Positions 29,521 through 42,520 of a stretch of 64,000 nt of DNA are shown here, in pieces. The notes under the pieces are model-generated. The model was not told the DNA's origin and did no database searches. It worked only from the letters and a program-made list of their open reading frames with translations. The first letter of the stretch is position 1. Every line of letters starts with the position of its first letter. This stretch comes from Eledone cirrhosa (lineage: Eukaryota), in contig OZ024740.1 of the NCBI GenBank assembly GCA_964016885.1, positions 101,928,001 through 101,992,000 of the forward strand. The letters run 5' to 3'. The position numbers and the translations under genes are program-made.

Positions 29521-29612
29521 TATATATATATATATATTACATATTTATATATATATAGTTCAAGAATAGATAAGACAAACACATGAATGTGTATGTGTGT
29601 GTATATATATAT

Positions 29613-29645
<33 letters not shown>

Positions 29646-30012
29646 GTTCAAGAATAGATAAGACAAACACATGAATGTGTATATGTGTGTATATATATAT
29701 ATACACACACACACATATATATATATACACACACACACAGTTCTTTCTTTTTGTAGTCTTCTTGAAAAATATACAATTCTCGTGATCTTTCTATATGTGC
29801 ATAACTATACATACACACAGAGAAAGAGGGGTGTCACAGAAAAAAAAATGTTTTTCAAGAAGAATACATAATGATGTAAAGTGTATATTAATTTATTAAG
29901 GAATGAATATCTTGCATTGGTTTGTACCAGTGATTTAATATGTTTGGATGTAAAGGTTAGAAAAAAACGTTAGATATTAATTACTTAGATTTATATATAA
30001 GTATATACATGA

Positions 30013-30087
<75 letters not shown>

Positions 30088-30154
30088 TATATATATTCAC
30101 ACACACATATGTATATATACACATATATATATACACACACACACACACATATAT

Positions 30155-30381
30155 AGTATGACCACTGGGTGAAGAAGTGCCAGGAAGTCCCAGTGGAGGG
30201 AAGGCACAGTAGAGGTAGACCACGAAAAACATGGGCAGAGGTGGTGAGAGCAGACCTCAGATCGCTGAAACTCACCGAGGCGATGACGAAGGACCATGAC
30301 AAGTGGGGAGATGCTGTGCTGAATAGGATCCGTCCAACCCTTGCAAGCAGACGTAAAATGATGGTGATGATAATGATGATG
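30155..30381 (+). mobile_element. RTE subfamily C 3' fragment
   Basis: KKCQEVPVEGRHSRGRPRKTWAEVVRADL plus (GAT)n tail. Shorter or older relatives lie at about 1697-2075, 4452-4610, 23022-23110, 41305-41640 and 59120-59580. Confidence 0.9.
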
Positions 30382-30499
30382 AGAAAAACCACAAACCCTC
30401 CATCTCAATTCTACTTTTGAAAAGCATAAGAACTGTGAAACCAGTTAAGGGCACAAATAAATATTCTTAAAAAGACTCCAGTTGCATTTTCAATTTCTT

Positions 30500-30549
<50 letters not shown>

Positions 30550-31410
30550 CAAGTATTACAGTTTTTAGAAGGCAGAGAAAGGTAGTACTCTATACATGAA
30601 ATGGAGTGTATTTATATATCTATTTAAAGTGAGTTTTTCGTCATTTCTTAGGTCTTACATTCTGTAATGTTTTAGGTGATTCTTGAAGTTCGCAGAGCAT
30701 AAAATCAAATAGTGAAAATAAATTGTGTATATGAATGTGTTAGCAATAGAGATCTCTAGAGATACTTATACACAAATATATTGAGATCGCTTTGATAACA
30801 CACAAGAACAACAGCAAATGATTCCTACTTATATGTCAGGGCACAACATCTTTCCAGGTTTGAACATAACTGATTTTTTACAGAGAATGAGTGAAAGAGA
30901 ATCAGAAAGAGATATAGAAGAAGAATTGTCTTCAGTAATGGACTGGTACTTTTTTTTATCAAACTCGAAAGGATGAAAGACAAAGCTGACCTCAGCCAAA
31001 TATGAACTCAGACTCCAAGCACTAGAACAAGTACCATGAAGTAATCTCTCCAACATCCTAAGAATTCTATAAATTTGTTGTCTTTGGACATAATATATAA
31101 ATGCTTGATACCTCAAATTTACAAATGATTTATAAAAGCCCCTGAAATTAAGGACATATAAACAAACAGGAATATAAATATCGACACAGGGATACATACT
31201 CACAAACGCACACACATACATATATATATGACAGACTTCAGTACAGTTTCTGTCTACCAAATTTCACTCAAAAGACTCTAGTCAACCCAAAGCTATTGTA
31301 AAAGTTACACATACACACAATAAATTGTATTAACTTCAATCCATCACTGATACTTATTTTAGATGAAGACACATGGAACCAAATACATGGTATACAGCAA
31401 GATCTCAACA

Positions 31411-31765
31411 CATGCAGCCCACAAGCCTCATGCAGCCCACAAGCCACATGCAGCCCACAAGCCACATGCAGCCCACAAGCCTCATATAGCTCACAAGCCT
31501 TGTGCAGCTCACACTCCTCATGCAGCTCACACTCCTCATGCAGCTCACAAGCCTTGTGCAGCTAACAAGCCTCATGCAGCTAACAAGCCACATGCAGCTA
31601 ACAAGCCTTATGCAGCTAACAAGCCTTATGCAGCTAACAAGCCTTATGCAGCTAACAAGCCTCATGCAGCTAACAAGCCTCTTGCAGCTAACAAGCCTCT
31701 TGCAGCTAACAAGCCACATTCAGCTCATAAGCCACATGCAGCTAACAAGCTACATGCAGCTGATA
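31411..31765. repeat. 18-bp minisatellite (CATGCAGC[CT][CA]ACAAGCC[AT]), about 19-20 units
   Basis: Direct tandem repeat; open in several frames (HAAHKP / HAANKP). Confidence 0.95.
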
Positions 31766-33552
31766 ACCTACTTTTCCATGGCTCTTGGCAGAACAATTTT
31801 TGTGACTAATATTTACCTAAAACTTGGTAAATTTTCCCAGTTTTAATAATATTTATAGTACAAGTTATTACATATTACCTATTAAATACAATAGTATGGG
31901 AAAAGGGGAATTTTTAAAAGTAAAAACAGAATTAAGGAAAATTTCAAACAAAAAATGTTCCTCTTACATTTTGTACATATATCTGATTTACTATCACATG
32001 CTTATTCATCTTGATGGAGAAAAAAGATAGCAACCTAAAAGCTGTATTGCAGATTAGTATTTTACCTGATGGAAATCACACACCCTTTCCCTGATCTCAC
32101 TTTTGGTCAATAGTACTTCTATCCCAGGACATTATAGCCCTTTTGAGTCCTTGAGTCTGAGACCCCTAGTAATCAGTCTCTTGTCACACTTTATTTGCCT
32201 CTTAACAAAACTACATATATTACACAAACAAATGAAATAGCCTGTATGTCATCTATCCCTATGCTATAAATACCCGTCAAATCAGACTAGACCATCTTAA
32301 ATAAAATAGGATGAATACATCTTCAGCTTTTTACATCAGCCTGTTATGCATATTTCAAAGACATCAAAATTGTTGTGCAGCTATTATTTGATGTGTCATC
32401 ATCAGACAGGTATTTAGGTGTAATATTATTTTGCTTTTGTTTTTGCTATGCTCACCATAGTATGAAACTGGATATTGATGTACAAACAATAGCAAGAAGC
32501 AAGCAAGGGGATATGGCTTATTAGTATTAGATGGTTGAAGTAGGTTGCTGGACTAAACGTGTAAAGTTACTAAGTCAAGTCATCAGCTTCGATTTCCAAG
32601 GGGTAAAAGTAGGCTGGTAAATTTAATTATTTATTTTCTTATTATTTTTCTATACTTATGGCCCAGTTTGATATTCAACAAGTGCTGCCCTACTGGTGCC
32701 TAATTTTAATTTCATCTGTGAGTACAAAGGTGAAATTTCAGAGTAACAAGACTTAGCCATAGTGAAGAATGTTATATATTTCTGTGTGTGCGTCCATGAT
32801 CTTTTCAGGTCCTCCCACACTCAAGAGATTGATATACTTTTATTATCAAATGTAAAAAAACATGGGAAGAAAAAGAATTTTGCTAAAGCCATCCAGGGAC
32901 CAGACATTGTTGTTTAGCCCTAGACAAAGGTACTCTTGATATGACCCCTCTCTGTTTCCTTTTGTAGGCTTTCAAATAAAATTTACCCAGTGTATTCTTC
33001 ATTTTTTTAAGATGGTAGAAATGGAGTTAAGTGTGTAATTTTGTGGATGCGATTTTAATATCTCAGTATAAACTGAGGTTGTGAATTGAGGGTGTAATTT
33101 CAGCATATAACTTTGAGGTTATCAAAGAAGTTGTTAGTTGAAGATATGATTTTAGTGTATAAATTGAGAGTACAAACTGAGGTTGTGAATTGAGGGTATA
33201 ATTTCAGGTTATCATGATTTGAGAATGTGGATTGAGGTTTCTGGTTTTAGTAGGTTAATGACCATGTAGAAGTTCAGTTATTAACTCAGAATGGGTGGTC
33301 TTAAAGTGCATCCCATATTAGGACAACTACTGGAAGATATAGTAATACATTTAGTGAATCTCTTTTATCATAACTATAAATAAGCCATATTCATTACTCT
33401 CATCAGTAAAAATATTTCATATCATCTAATGTAAAATTTCTTGGATAATATTCTTAAATACTATTTTATTTTATTAAATAATTTTAAAAAATTGTGGGGC
33501 TTCTTTTATCTTAAATCTTTAAATCCGTAATTTTATTTTAGGCTAAACTAAT

Positions 33553-33590
<38 letters not shown>

Positions 33591-34342
33591 ACACACACAC
33601 ACACACAATGTACATATACTTGTTTGATTCTACATATGCATGTGCTTGTGTTTGGTTGTGTATGTCTGTTTCCAGTTGTCTGTGTATTTGTGTGTGTGAG
33701 CAGGCAGTTTGTGTGTGTGTATGTGTGTTTGCGTTTGGTTTGAAGTTGTGTGTGTATGTATGTTTGTGTTTGGTTTGAAGTTGTGTATATGTGTGTGTAC
33801 TTGTGTTTGTGTCTGTATATAGCTGTGATTGTGTGGGTGTATGTTTGTTACTGTGTTTGTATATATTTGTGTGTGATTATGACTGAGTGATTGTGTGAAG
33901 TTGTAGTTGTAATTGGATGTGGTTGTATATGTTTTCTGCTAGATTTTCTTTTTTTTTCCCCATTTTTTTTTCATAGGAGATAACAAATAAAAGCCTTAGG
34001 TATTTTTAAATAGATTAGTGATATTTAAATAGCAGCACTGTCAGAGACTAAAAATAAAGGATAGATGGAAGGAAGGAAGGAACATCCTCCACCTCTGTCC
34101 CACACCTATGAAACTTGAGTGACTGCACCTTGAAGAACCCACCATCATATGTTGACTACTTTCATTTAGCATGAATCATTTGAAATACCCAAATACCCAT
34201 TAGTACTGCAGTGGTGGGGTGTGGGGTACAATGTGGTAGGGGGAGGGAAATGTGCAGGAGTGGAGAGAGAGTCTTCTTTTCTAAAAGATATATTCCAAAT
34301 TTCTATCAGAAAGAATTTCCTCTCCAGTTTTGTTTTATTTTT

Positions 34343-34642
34343 ATGACAATGTTGATCATGATAATGATGACAATGATATTGATGATGATGATGATTATGA
34401 TGATGATGATAACATTGATGATGATGATAAAGATAATGATGATATTGATGATGATCAGTGATGTTGATGGTGATAATGTTAATGGTGATAATGATAATAA
34501 TGATGATGATGATGATGACGATAATGTTGATAATGTTGATGATGATCATGTTGATGGTGATGATCATGATGATGTTGATGATCATGATAATGTTAGTGGT
34601 GTTGATAATCATATTGATGATAATGTTGTTGATGATGATGAT
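34343..34642. repeat. (GAT)n degenerate array
   Basis: Direct inspection. Confidence 0.9.
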
Positions 34643-35187
34643 GGGAAACATAAACATCGATTTCTTACAAAGGCCCTAGCTTTAACAAAGTAGGAAGCAG
34701 TCAATTAAATTGAACCCTAGAACTTGACTGGTATTTTATTTTATTGATTTCCAAGTGAAAAGAAAAGTTGACCTTGGTGACATTTGAAATCAAGTGAAAT
34801 ATAATTAACAATTATTGTAAGAGGTGTGGGATTTATGTGCTTCAAGTTCTACTTTTATGTGGATACCCATAATAGCATGGAAAAAGGAATGTTAAATGGC
34901 GGTGGTGGTGGGTGATGATGATGATGATACAATCAACTTAATCAATCTCATATTAGTGGTTAAAAAACGAGGTTCATCAAGCTGCAGCTTATCCTACTTT
35001 CATTAGAGTTAAGCGACTAAAAGTATAAGGCTCCTACCTGAAAGTGATGCCAATCTATTGTAGGGATAATTTCCAGCTGAGTAAACTGGAGCAATGTGAA
35101 ATGAAGTGTCTTGCTCAAGGAAACAATGCAGCACCTAGTCAACAATTCAAAGCCACTACTTTATGATCATAAGACAAATACTCTAAC

Positions 35188-35323
35188 CCAAAGTGGGTTC
35201 TGTGAAAAAATGTAGAGGACTATATTTATATTATGACCATATAACAGTATTTCACTTTAGGGTTCCCAAAAAAATTTCTGAACCAAAAAGGGTTCCGCAT
35301 TTGAAAAAGTTTGGGAAACCCTG
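35188..35323. mobile_element. hAT-like MITE nested in a degenerate SINE (35072-35348)
   Basis: Right TIR GTTTGGGAAACCCTG, partial left CCCAAAGTGG; interrupts the SINE head between CTCTAA and CCCTAA. Confidence 0.6.
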
Positions 35324-35804
35324 CCCTAATCACTAAGCTTTACACCTTTAACTATTACTGGTATTGAAGGATATTTATGTGGGTATTGATGTTCACCCTT
35401 TCCAGCCCTCGTCACTTCAAATGATTAGACTGGTAAAATACCACTGAAAAGTAATACACATCTGCTTTGAATCAGATTATGCACATCATCCACCGTGGTG
35501 TACCCAACATCGAAGTGTGGTATTTTTGTTATCTGCCAGCATCTTGTGAAAGGAACTCTCTGTCTTTGGTCATGTCTTGATGGTGAGCACTTAAAATATA
35601 CTTAGTTAAAATGTTAAACCTTATTAAAATAATAAGAATAAGAACTTGACTGCTAATTTATTTTTTTAGTAGTAGTGGTGGTGGTTGTGTGAATAGTCGC
35701 AGTAGTAGTGGTAGTATTAGTGGTCATGATAGTTGTGGTGGTGGTAGTTGTAGTAGTAATGGTGGTTGTAGTAGTAGTAATAGCTGTGGTAGTAAAAGTC
35801 AATT

Positions 35805-35985
35805 GACTAGGTATTGCAGTTAAAATCACAATGAATAAAAGCCTCCTAACTAAAGTATCAATCCCCAAAGATGACAATATATCTATCAAGGAAATGGAGA
35901 AATTATCCAAATATAAAAATCTGGAGAGAGAAATAACTAAAATATGGTTGATGAAAACAGAATCAATCTAAACTATAATAAAGGA
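35805..35985 (+). pseudogene. R4/Dong-type restriction-like endonuclease remnant
   Basis: LLTKVSIPKDDNISIKEMEKLSKYKNLEREITKIWLMKT resembles the RLE motif IDVSIPxDxN..KExEKxxKYxDL..EI..MW. Confidence 0.72.
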
Positions 35986-36354
35986 AGGTCTCTGGGATTG
36001 CATACGGTTTATTTTTTTTAGCCCTTTTGTAAAATAAGTTGGATTACTTTGAATAAATAATGAATGAATATTACATAATTTATCTACTAAATTTCGTGGC
36101 TGTTCATTAAATATATTTTGTTTATTTAAAGATTCACTTCTTTAAAATTTCTGAAATGTCAACACTTCTGGTGGCGATCGCTTAAATAAACATACTAATT
36201 TTCCGTCACTAATTTTCTCCTAATGCAGTTTATATATAATATCGTCTTTATTAATGTATCATGGATTACGTTACTGATTACATAAGGCAGTGTAGCGCAG
36301 TCTTCGTTCAATTTCTATGTATTATATATTGTCAATTACGATTTTATTTGATGT

Positions 36355-36865
36355 ATCATCATCATCATCATCATCGTTTAACGTCCATCTTCCACGCTTG
36401 CATGGGTTTGGACGGGAATTTTCCCACTTGAGGCAAGATTGGTTGTCTTGCTCGTATAGGACTGTCTGGCGGGTTTTCTACGGCTGGATGCCCTTCCTAA
36501 CACCAACCACGTTTACAGTGTGGACTGGGAGGTGTTTACCGTGTTACCTACATGGCCACAGTACAGCGTGGACTGTGTGTTTTTTTGTTTTTTTCATGAC
36601 ACCTACACAACCTCATTTATTTCGGACTGGATGTTGTGGTTCCAACATAACTTTACATTGAAGTTTTGAATTGTGTTTGGAGGGTGGTAACGGTGTGGTG
36701 CAGGGGGGGGGGGGGGATGTTGGCCATCCGCGGCCGAAATAAAGAGGAGGAGTCCTTGCATTCTCGTCCGGCAGCATGAGGTGAATTTGTCTTTATCACT
36801 GAGTGTCCAGATTTTTTCTTTTCAAACTCTCCAGAATTCCGTAGTCCATCCATCATATTGAAAGG
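36355..36865 (-). mobile_element. Diverged RTE subfamily B-like 3' fragment
   Basis: Same 3' terminus and UTR as 47898, more diverged. Confidence 0.8.
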
Positions 36866-37197
36866 CAACCAGTTTTATATATACCTGCGTATAATATCAA
36901 TATACACACTACACATGCTAGCAGAAAACCACCCTAAGGGTGGTTTTTCTGCTAGTCTTTATAATAATAGGTACTCTGGGAATGATATAAATAACAGACA
37001 GACCGATGCATAACCCAAATTCCAGGACTTACAAATATATACAACATACAAAAAATGGCTCGATTAGGCACTGCATACTTATTATGAAGTGTATTCTCAA
37101 TACAATAGAAACAATAGCAAAATCAGCACTGCACATACCCAAGGCAGAGTGCTGTGCTCAGTAATGTAGTAACAGAACATAATATCAATTATAATAA

Positions 37198-37499
37198 CTA
37201 GCTGGTCCCGTGCCATCAAAAATGACGGCTAATTGTAATATCTATACATAATATAAAAAAAGATGTTTGTTTATTGATTGGTTGGTTGGTTCCTTCATGC
37301 TCACTCACACAAGTGATACAAACATACAAACACACAGCTGTGACGAATCTTAAAACGCTGGACTGCTATAGTTTCTCACCCCTCCTTCCTCATTTCACGT
37401 AACCACCCCTTCCTGTCTCAGTTGACGTAACCACCCCTTCCTTCTTCAGTCATCTTTACTGCGTTATGGACAAATATATAAGGCTATTATATTAGTAGA
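37198..37499 (-). mobile_element. Non-autonomous Helitron
   Basis: On minus: 5' TC(TACTAATATAATA), 3' CTAG, subterminal hairpin GCCGTCA-TTTT-TGATGGC about 10 nt from the end, inserted between A and T without TSD. Confidence 0.85.
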
Positions 37500-37500
37500 T

Positions 37501-37709
37501 GGTTTCTGATTTTAGACAAAAGCCAACAATTTAGCAGAAGGGGAAAATTAATTAAAATGAACCCAGTGCATTGTTGTTACTTTATTTTATTGAACCCATA
37601 AAAATAAAAGACAGAGCTAACCTCAGTGGAATTTGAACTCAGGACGTAAAGGGCCATAACTCTGTTGGAAAGCATGTTGTCCGACACTCTACACATACTG
37701 CCAATCCAG
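37501..37709 (-). mobile_element. SINE copy whose (AAT)n tail is interrupted by the Helitron
   Basis: Similarity to 6333-6549; removing 37198-37499 restores ATAATAATGGTTTC. Confidence 0.82.
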
Positions 37710-38056
37710 CAGTAAAAATAGATCTGGTTTTAGCTACTCAGAGCCAATACCTTATCATAAATAATTCCACAAATAAAATAATATAAAAAGGTTAACTAAC
37801 TTCATACTGACTATGCAACCAGTGCAATGAATGTATTGTTCACATGGTTTATAGCCACTCAGTCACAAACACAATTGAGTCACTAACTATGACCACTAGG
37901 GAAATATGCTGACACTTCGATGTGAAAACTGATAAGTGATACATGACAACAACATAATCATTTACAGCCTGCCAATGGAGACTGGCGCAGAGATCAATGC
38001 AAATCATCCATATATAATTATATTTGTATATTTATATCTTATATATATTACATCAG

Positions 38057-38104
<48 letters not shown>

Positions 38105-38594
38105 GCTTTTTTAGGAATGTGTATTAAATACACTAAACATGCACTGAATAAAAGACACAATTACTCTTTATCAAATCAATATATTATCTATTATTAATAG
38201 TCACTATTTACTTCAAAGTTTCACTGAAATTACTGGCTTTTCAAAACAATAATAGTGAGATGAATCTTTTGTTGTATAGAGCCTTAACTAAGATTAGATA
38301 AAAGGTGGTGTAGATGTAGTAAACATGAAAAATGGTAGGGTCAGAATGTTAAAGTATGGGTTAGGTTAAAGGAAAGGTCACACCTTATCATTTCTCCTCC
38401 TATCCCCTTTTATATTGGTGTTTACAATATCTGCCTACTACTTCTTAACTAAATTTAGTTTAGGTTATATATAGTAAAAGGTCAATATCATTATTACTGA
38501 TTTGAAAAGATACTGATGATTGTTTTCACAAGAGGGGGTCACCTTCATTACTATACCCATCCATTCATCATTGGCAGATTTAAAAAACATTGTT

Positions 38595-38860
38595 TGTACA
38601 ATCCTGTAAGTTGTTTTCGGCCCTAACAAAAAGTTTACTAAACCCAAGTTTGCTGTGGATGATTTCATTGGCAGAATTATTTTCTTGTTATATGCAACTT
38701 CATTAATAGTAACACACATGTACTAAAAACTTTGTCACAGGCTCATTCAATGTTGCCATCAGCACAGGATGTGATGGGGTACCTGGCTCTTATTGGTGAG
38801 CACTACTTTGGCAACTATTTGAGATGTACAAATAATTTTTCCACCAATAGGGAAAGCATT
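38595..38860 (-). pseudogene. Degraded mariner transposase N-terminal region
   Basis: Frameshifted translation P.TS..DGNIE.A..V...VTINEVAY...SANEIIHSKLGFSKL resembles the mariner HTH-linker region preceding WVPK. Confidence 0.55.
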
Positions 38861-39127
38861 GTGCAATGCAGATAATTCATTCCTACTTTTATCATCATTA
38901 TTATCGTTTTGCATCCATTTCCCTTAGACGTTTGGTGGATCATTACGGACTACATCACTATGTAATCAGAGCTACTATTGCCCTAAATAGCTCAGGAAAT
39001 CATTTCTTGCTCAATAGCATCAAATTTTGACCCAATTTCTATAGTTAGATTTCCTTTCTAATACCAACTATTTTATAGAGTGTACTGGGTGCATTTAATT
39101 AGTAGTAGTATTAATATAGTGTGATTA

Positions 39128-39463
39128 GGCACATGGCTTAGTGGTTAGAACATTGGCCTTGCAATCGAAAGATTGTGAGTTCAATTCTCAGACCGGGTGA
39201 TGTGTTGTTTCCTTGAGCAAGACACTTTATTTCACATTGCTCTAGTTTACTCAGCTGTAGAAATGAGATGATAGGGACTGGGGTCCATATCATTCCACTG
39301 CAAAGTGGTCGTGGAGGCGCCACGGCAAAAAAGCACCCAGCCCTCACTGTAAATGAGGTTGGTGTTAGGAAGGGCATCCAGCTGTAGAAATCAAGCCAAA
39401 ATCAGTTGCCGTCCCACCCTTGCAAGCAGGGAAAAAGCGGACGTAAAATGAAATGAAAATGAT
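39128..39463 (+). mobile_element. tRNA(Arg)-like SINE with RTE-derived 3' tail
   Basis: A box TGGCTTAGTGG, B box GAGTTCAATTC, central CCTTGAGCAAGACACTT block, 3' half homologous to the RTE 3' UTR. Confidence 0.88.
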
Positions 39464-39700
39464 GTGATTAATAAGATTTTAACTATAAATATATTTAAGC
39501 TATTTATTTTTGTCTCAGTACCAAGTTAGCAAACATCATCGATGATAGATAAAAACCCTGAAACATGTATCTGGCATTCTCACATGGCTACTGAGATAGC
39601 TATGACATGGTACCACACACACACACCCACATGTGTGCATGGGGGGCGGGGGGGGGGGGGGGGGGGGGGGGGGTACCATGTCATAGCGATATATATATAT

Positions 39701-40500
39701 CATCATCATCATCATTTTTTGTCAGCTTTTCCATGCCTGCAAGGGTGGAATGGGTCTTATTAAGCACGGCATCTCTCCATTCATCACAATGCCTTGTCAT
39801 CTCCTCCGTGAGCTTCAGCGATCTGAGGTCTGCTCTCACCACCTCCACCCATGTTTTTCGTGGTCTTCCTCGACTGTGTCTTCCTTCTACTGGGATTTCT
39901 TGGCACTTCTTCACCCAGTGGTCATCCTCCATGCACATCGTATGTCCATACCAATGTAGTCTTCTCTCCCACATACTACTGCCTATCCCTCTTATATACA
40001 GTTTCTCTCTCAACTCGTCTATGCTTGGTTGTTCACGTACATTGACATTGCACATCCATTGGAGCATGCTTGCTCCTTTTCTCTCCAGCCATCACATATC
40101 CTCTGCGGCTGCTGCCTATGTCTCACTACCATACAGCATCGCACATCTCAACAGGCATTATATAACCGGCCTTTTGTTCGTAGGGAGAAACCCTTCTTTG
40201 TCAATAGAGGAAGCAGCTCTCTAAACTTCTTCCAATGCATCCTTATTCTGGAAACTATGGCCTCGGAACACCCTTCTCCCTTACTAATCTGATCACCTAG
40301 GTATCAGAAGCTATCAACCACTTCTATAGGTCCTACCCGCATTTGAAAAATGTGTCTATCACTACGACTTCTACTGTCAAATTTTCATGTACATCTACTG
40401 CATATATAGTTTTCCTTACCTGTTAGCTTGCCTGCTATCTCACTACATCTCTTGTATACCCAAGATCTGCACTGTGTACATTTTATAGAATTTATATATA
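39701..40500 (-). mobile_element. RTE subfamily C 3' fragment (Zn finger remnant to tail, very short UTR)
   Basis: RRLHWYGHTMCMEDDHWVKKCQEIPVEGRHSRGRPRKTW; frameshifted upstream; (GAT)n tail into TATA. Confidence 0.9.
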
Positions 40501-40625
40501 TATTTACATATATTTGTGATTATAATGGAGTATTCCACTATTACTTTTGGTAAGGCGAGAGAAGCCGAGTGCACACGCATACACACACACACACACACAC
40601 ATATATACATATATATATATACACA

Positions 40626-40724
40626 CAGGGTGTCCTAAAAAAATATATACACATTTCAACACCATTCTAATAAATATTGCATGTACAGGTAATCAAAGTG
40701 TGTATACATCTTTTTGGACCCCTG
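40626..40724. mobile_element. Tc1/mariner-type MITE
   Basis: ~28-bp imperfect TIRs CAGGGTGTCCTAAAAAAATATATACAC / GTGTATACATCTTTTTGGACCCCTG in a CA/TA repeat. Confidence 0.75.
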
Positions 40725-40794
40725 CGTATATATATATATATATATATATAGTATGAAGTACACACTCTGTATTTATACAGATATAACTTTATCA

Positions 40795-40835
<41 letters not shown>

Positions 40836-42324
40836 GTATGTATGTATTTATGTGTGAGTGTGTATGTATATATGTGTGTGCATGTATGTACGAACGTACT
40901 GCATTTCTTAGCTTGCAGAAATTTGAGCTAATAGTTGCTAGTCCAGTGATTTCCTTTCATTAATAATTTGTGCTTGTTAATCCAACTGTAAAAAAACTAA
41001 ATCACTGAGAGCGGGATACATTTTTAACAAGCTAATTTCCCTTGGTTCATGGAATATTCTTCAGCAGTGTTACAATGGCTAAGAAACAGTAGGAAGACAT
41101 TGTCTCTTTCAATTTCATATATACATTGAAAGTAGAACATATTAGGTAGTAATCTGCTATCAAACCAAAGTTTTGATTCACTGTATATATATATTCGTAT
41201 TCATGAACACACATACACACACAAATTCTCTTGCAATAATATTTCAAATTTATGAATGTAACAATGGTTTAAGGCTATTTTCTCTGCTAAAATAGAGGTT
41301 AGCATTGCAAAGACCTCTGACAAGCTTCTCCATTTACCCTATTGTCTATATTCATGTCTTTCTTGGTCTTCCCCTTTCCCTACTTCCTAAAATATTTATT
41401 TTCTTCACTCCTCTCACCCAGTCACTCTCCTCCCAACACAGGACCCAACCAACTCATTCCATTTCTCTTCACAGTATTATTCACTGACTCTACTTCCATC
41501 ACCCTGTGCTATTCATTGTTTGTTTTCCTGTCTCTGAGCCTATACTCCACTCATCCATTGGACCATTCTCATTTCCATTTTTTCAGCCTCATTACTGCTT
41601 CACATTCCCCACCCCCAACCACTAAGTATAATAACATCCAATGAAGACAATAAATCTCATATTCATATTTTGATTTCCAGCTACCTGAATCTGCCCCTAC
41701 TTCTATGATACAAAGCTATTTATTTTAGTGTTTATATTTGTTTAAAAATCGTTCCATTATAATTTTCTGAAAAAAAATTTGTAAACATTAGTTTAAAAAA
41801 GAAAAATTAAATTATATTAAAGTCTTGATTTGATTTTAAATTATTTGAAAACTATAGGCAGTGTTTTTCATTAGAAATATGATAACATGTTGATACTGTT
41901 GTCATTATAATATCTCTTTACATTCTGAATTCAGATCTTGCCAATGTTAACATTTACTCACAAGGATTAGATTAACTCAAGTCTATGACTGATAGCACAT
42001 GCCAGATTTGCCATGAAGTGATATTGAATACAAACTAAAAAAATGTTTATGTATGTGTGTATATGTATATATCTCTCTCTATGTGTATAACTTTGATAAC
42101 TTTCAGCTAGTATTGGCCAAAGCCATGTCTCAGTTAATAGCACCACTTAACAAAGTCTTTCAAATCTTGATTTGGATACCATGGCCCACTCAAATAGAGA
42201 ATTATTGTTTTTGGTGACATATCTGGGTGTAGGGAGTTTATCCAGAATTTCTTGGTGGAATATGTCCAAATACCATTTGAATTTTATGGGATCTGTTTCT
42301 GTTTTTATGTGTTTGGGTGTAATA

Positions 42325-42520
42325 TTAAAGGATAATATAGTGGATATCTCTCAACTGGAAAGTTATGAAAATCCAGGAACACATCTTGTGAGCTATGTCA
42401 ACTATGTTGTTTATATGAGTAGCCCAACTTAGGTTATTATCAACAATTACTCCCAGGTCTCTGGTGTTGTTGGATGCCATGAGAGTTTCACCTGCAGGAA
42501 GAAAATATGATAGTTTCAGT
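42325..42520 (-). pseudogene. CR1/L2-type RT C-terminal remnant
   Basis: RDLGVIVDNNLSWATHINNIV..AHKMCSWIF.TF. Confidence 0.75.

Noticed and set aside
31363-31809. HAANKP repeat protein or CRISPR-like array
   Set aside because: Pure 18-bp tandem repeat with no spacers; open in multiple frames because the unit lacks stops
39128-39200. tRNA gene
   Set aside because: tRNA-like SINE head continuing into the SINE body; no proper acceptor stem
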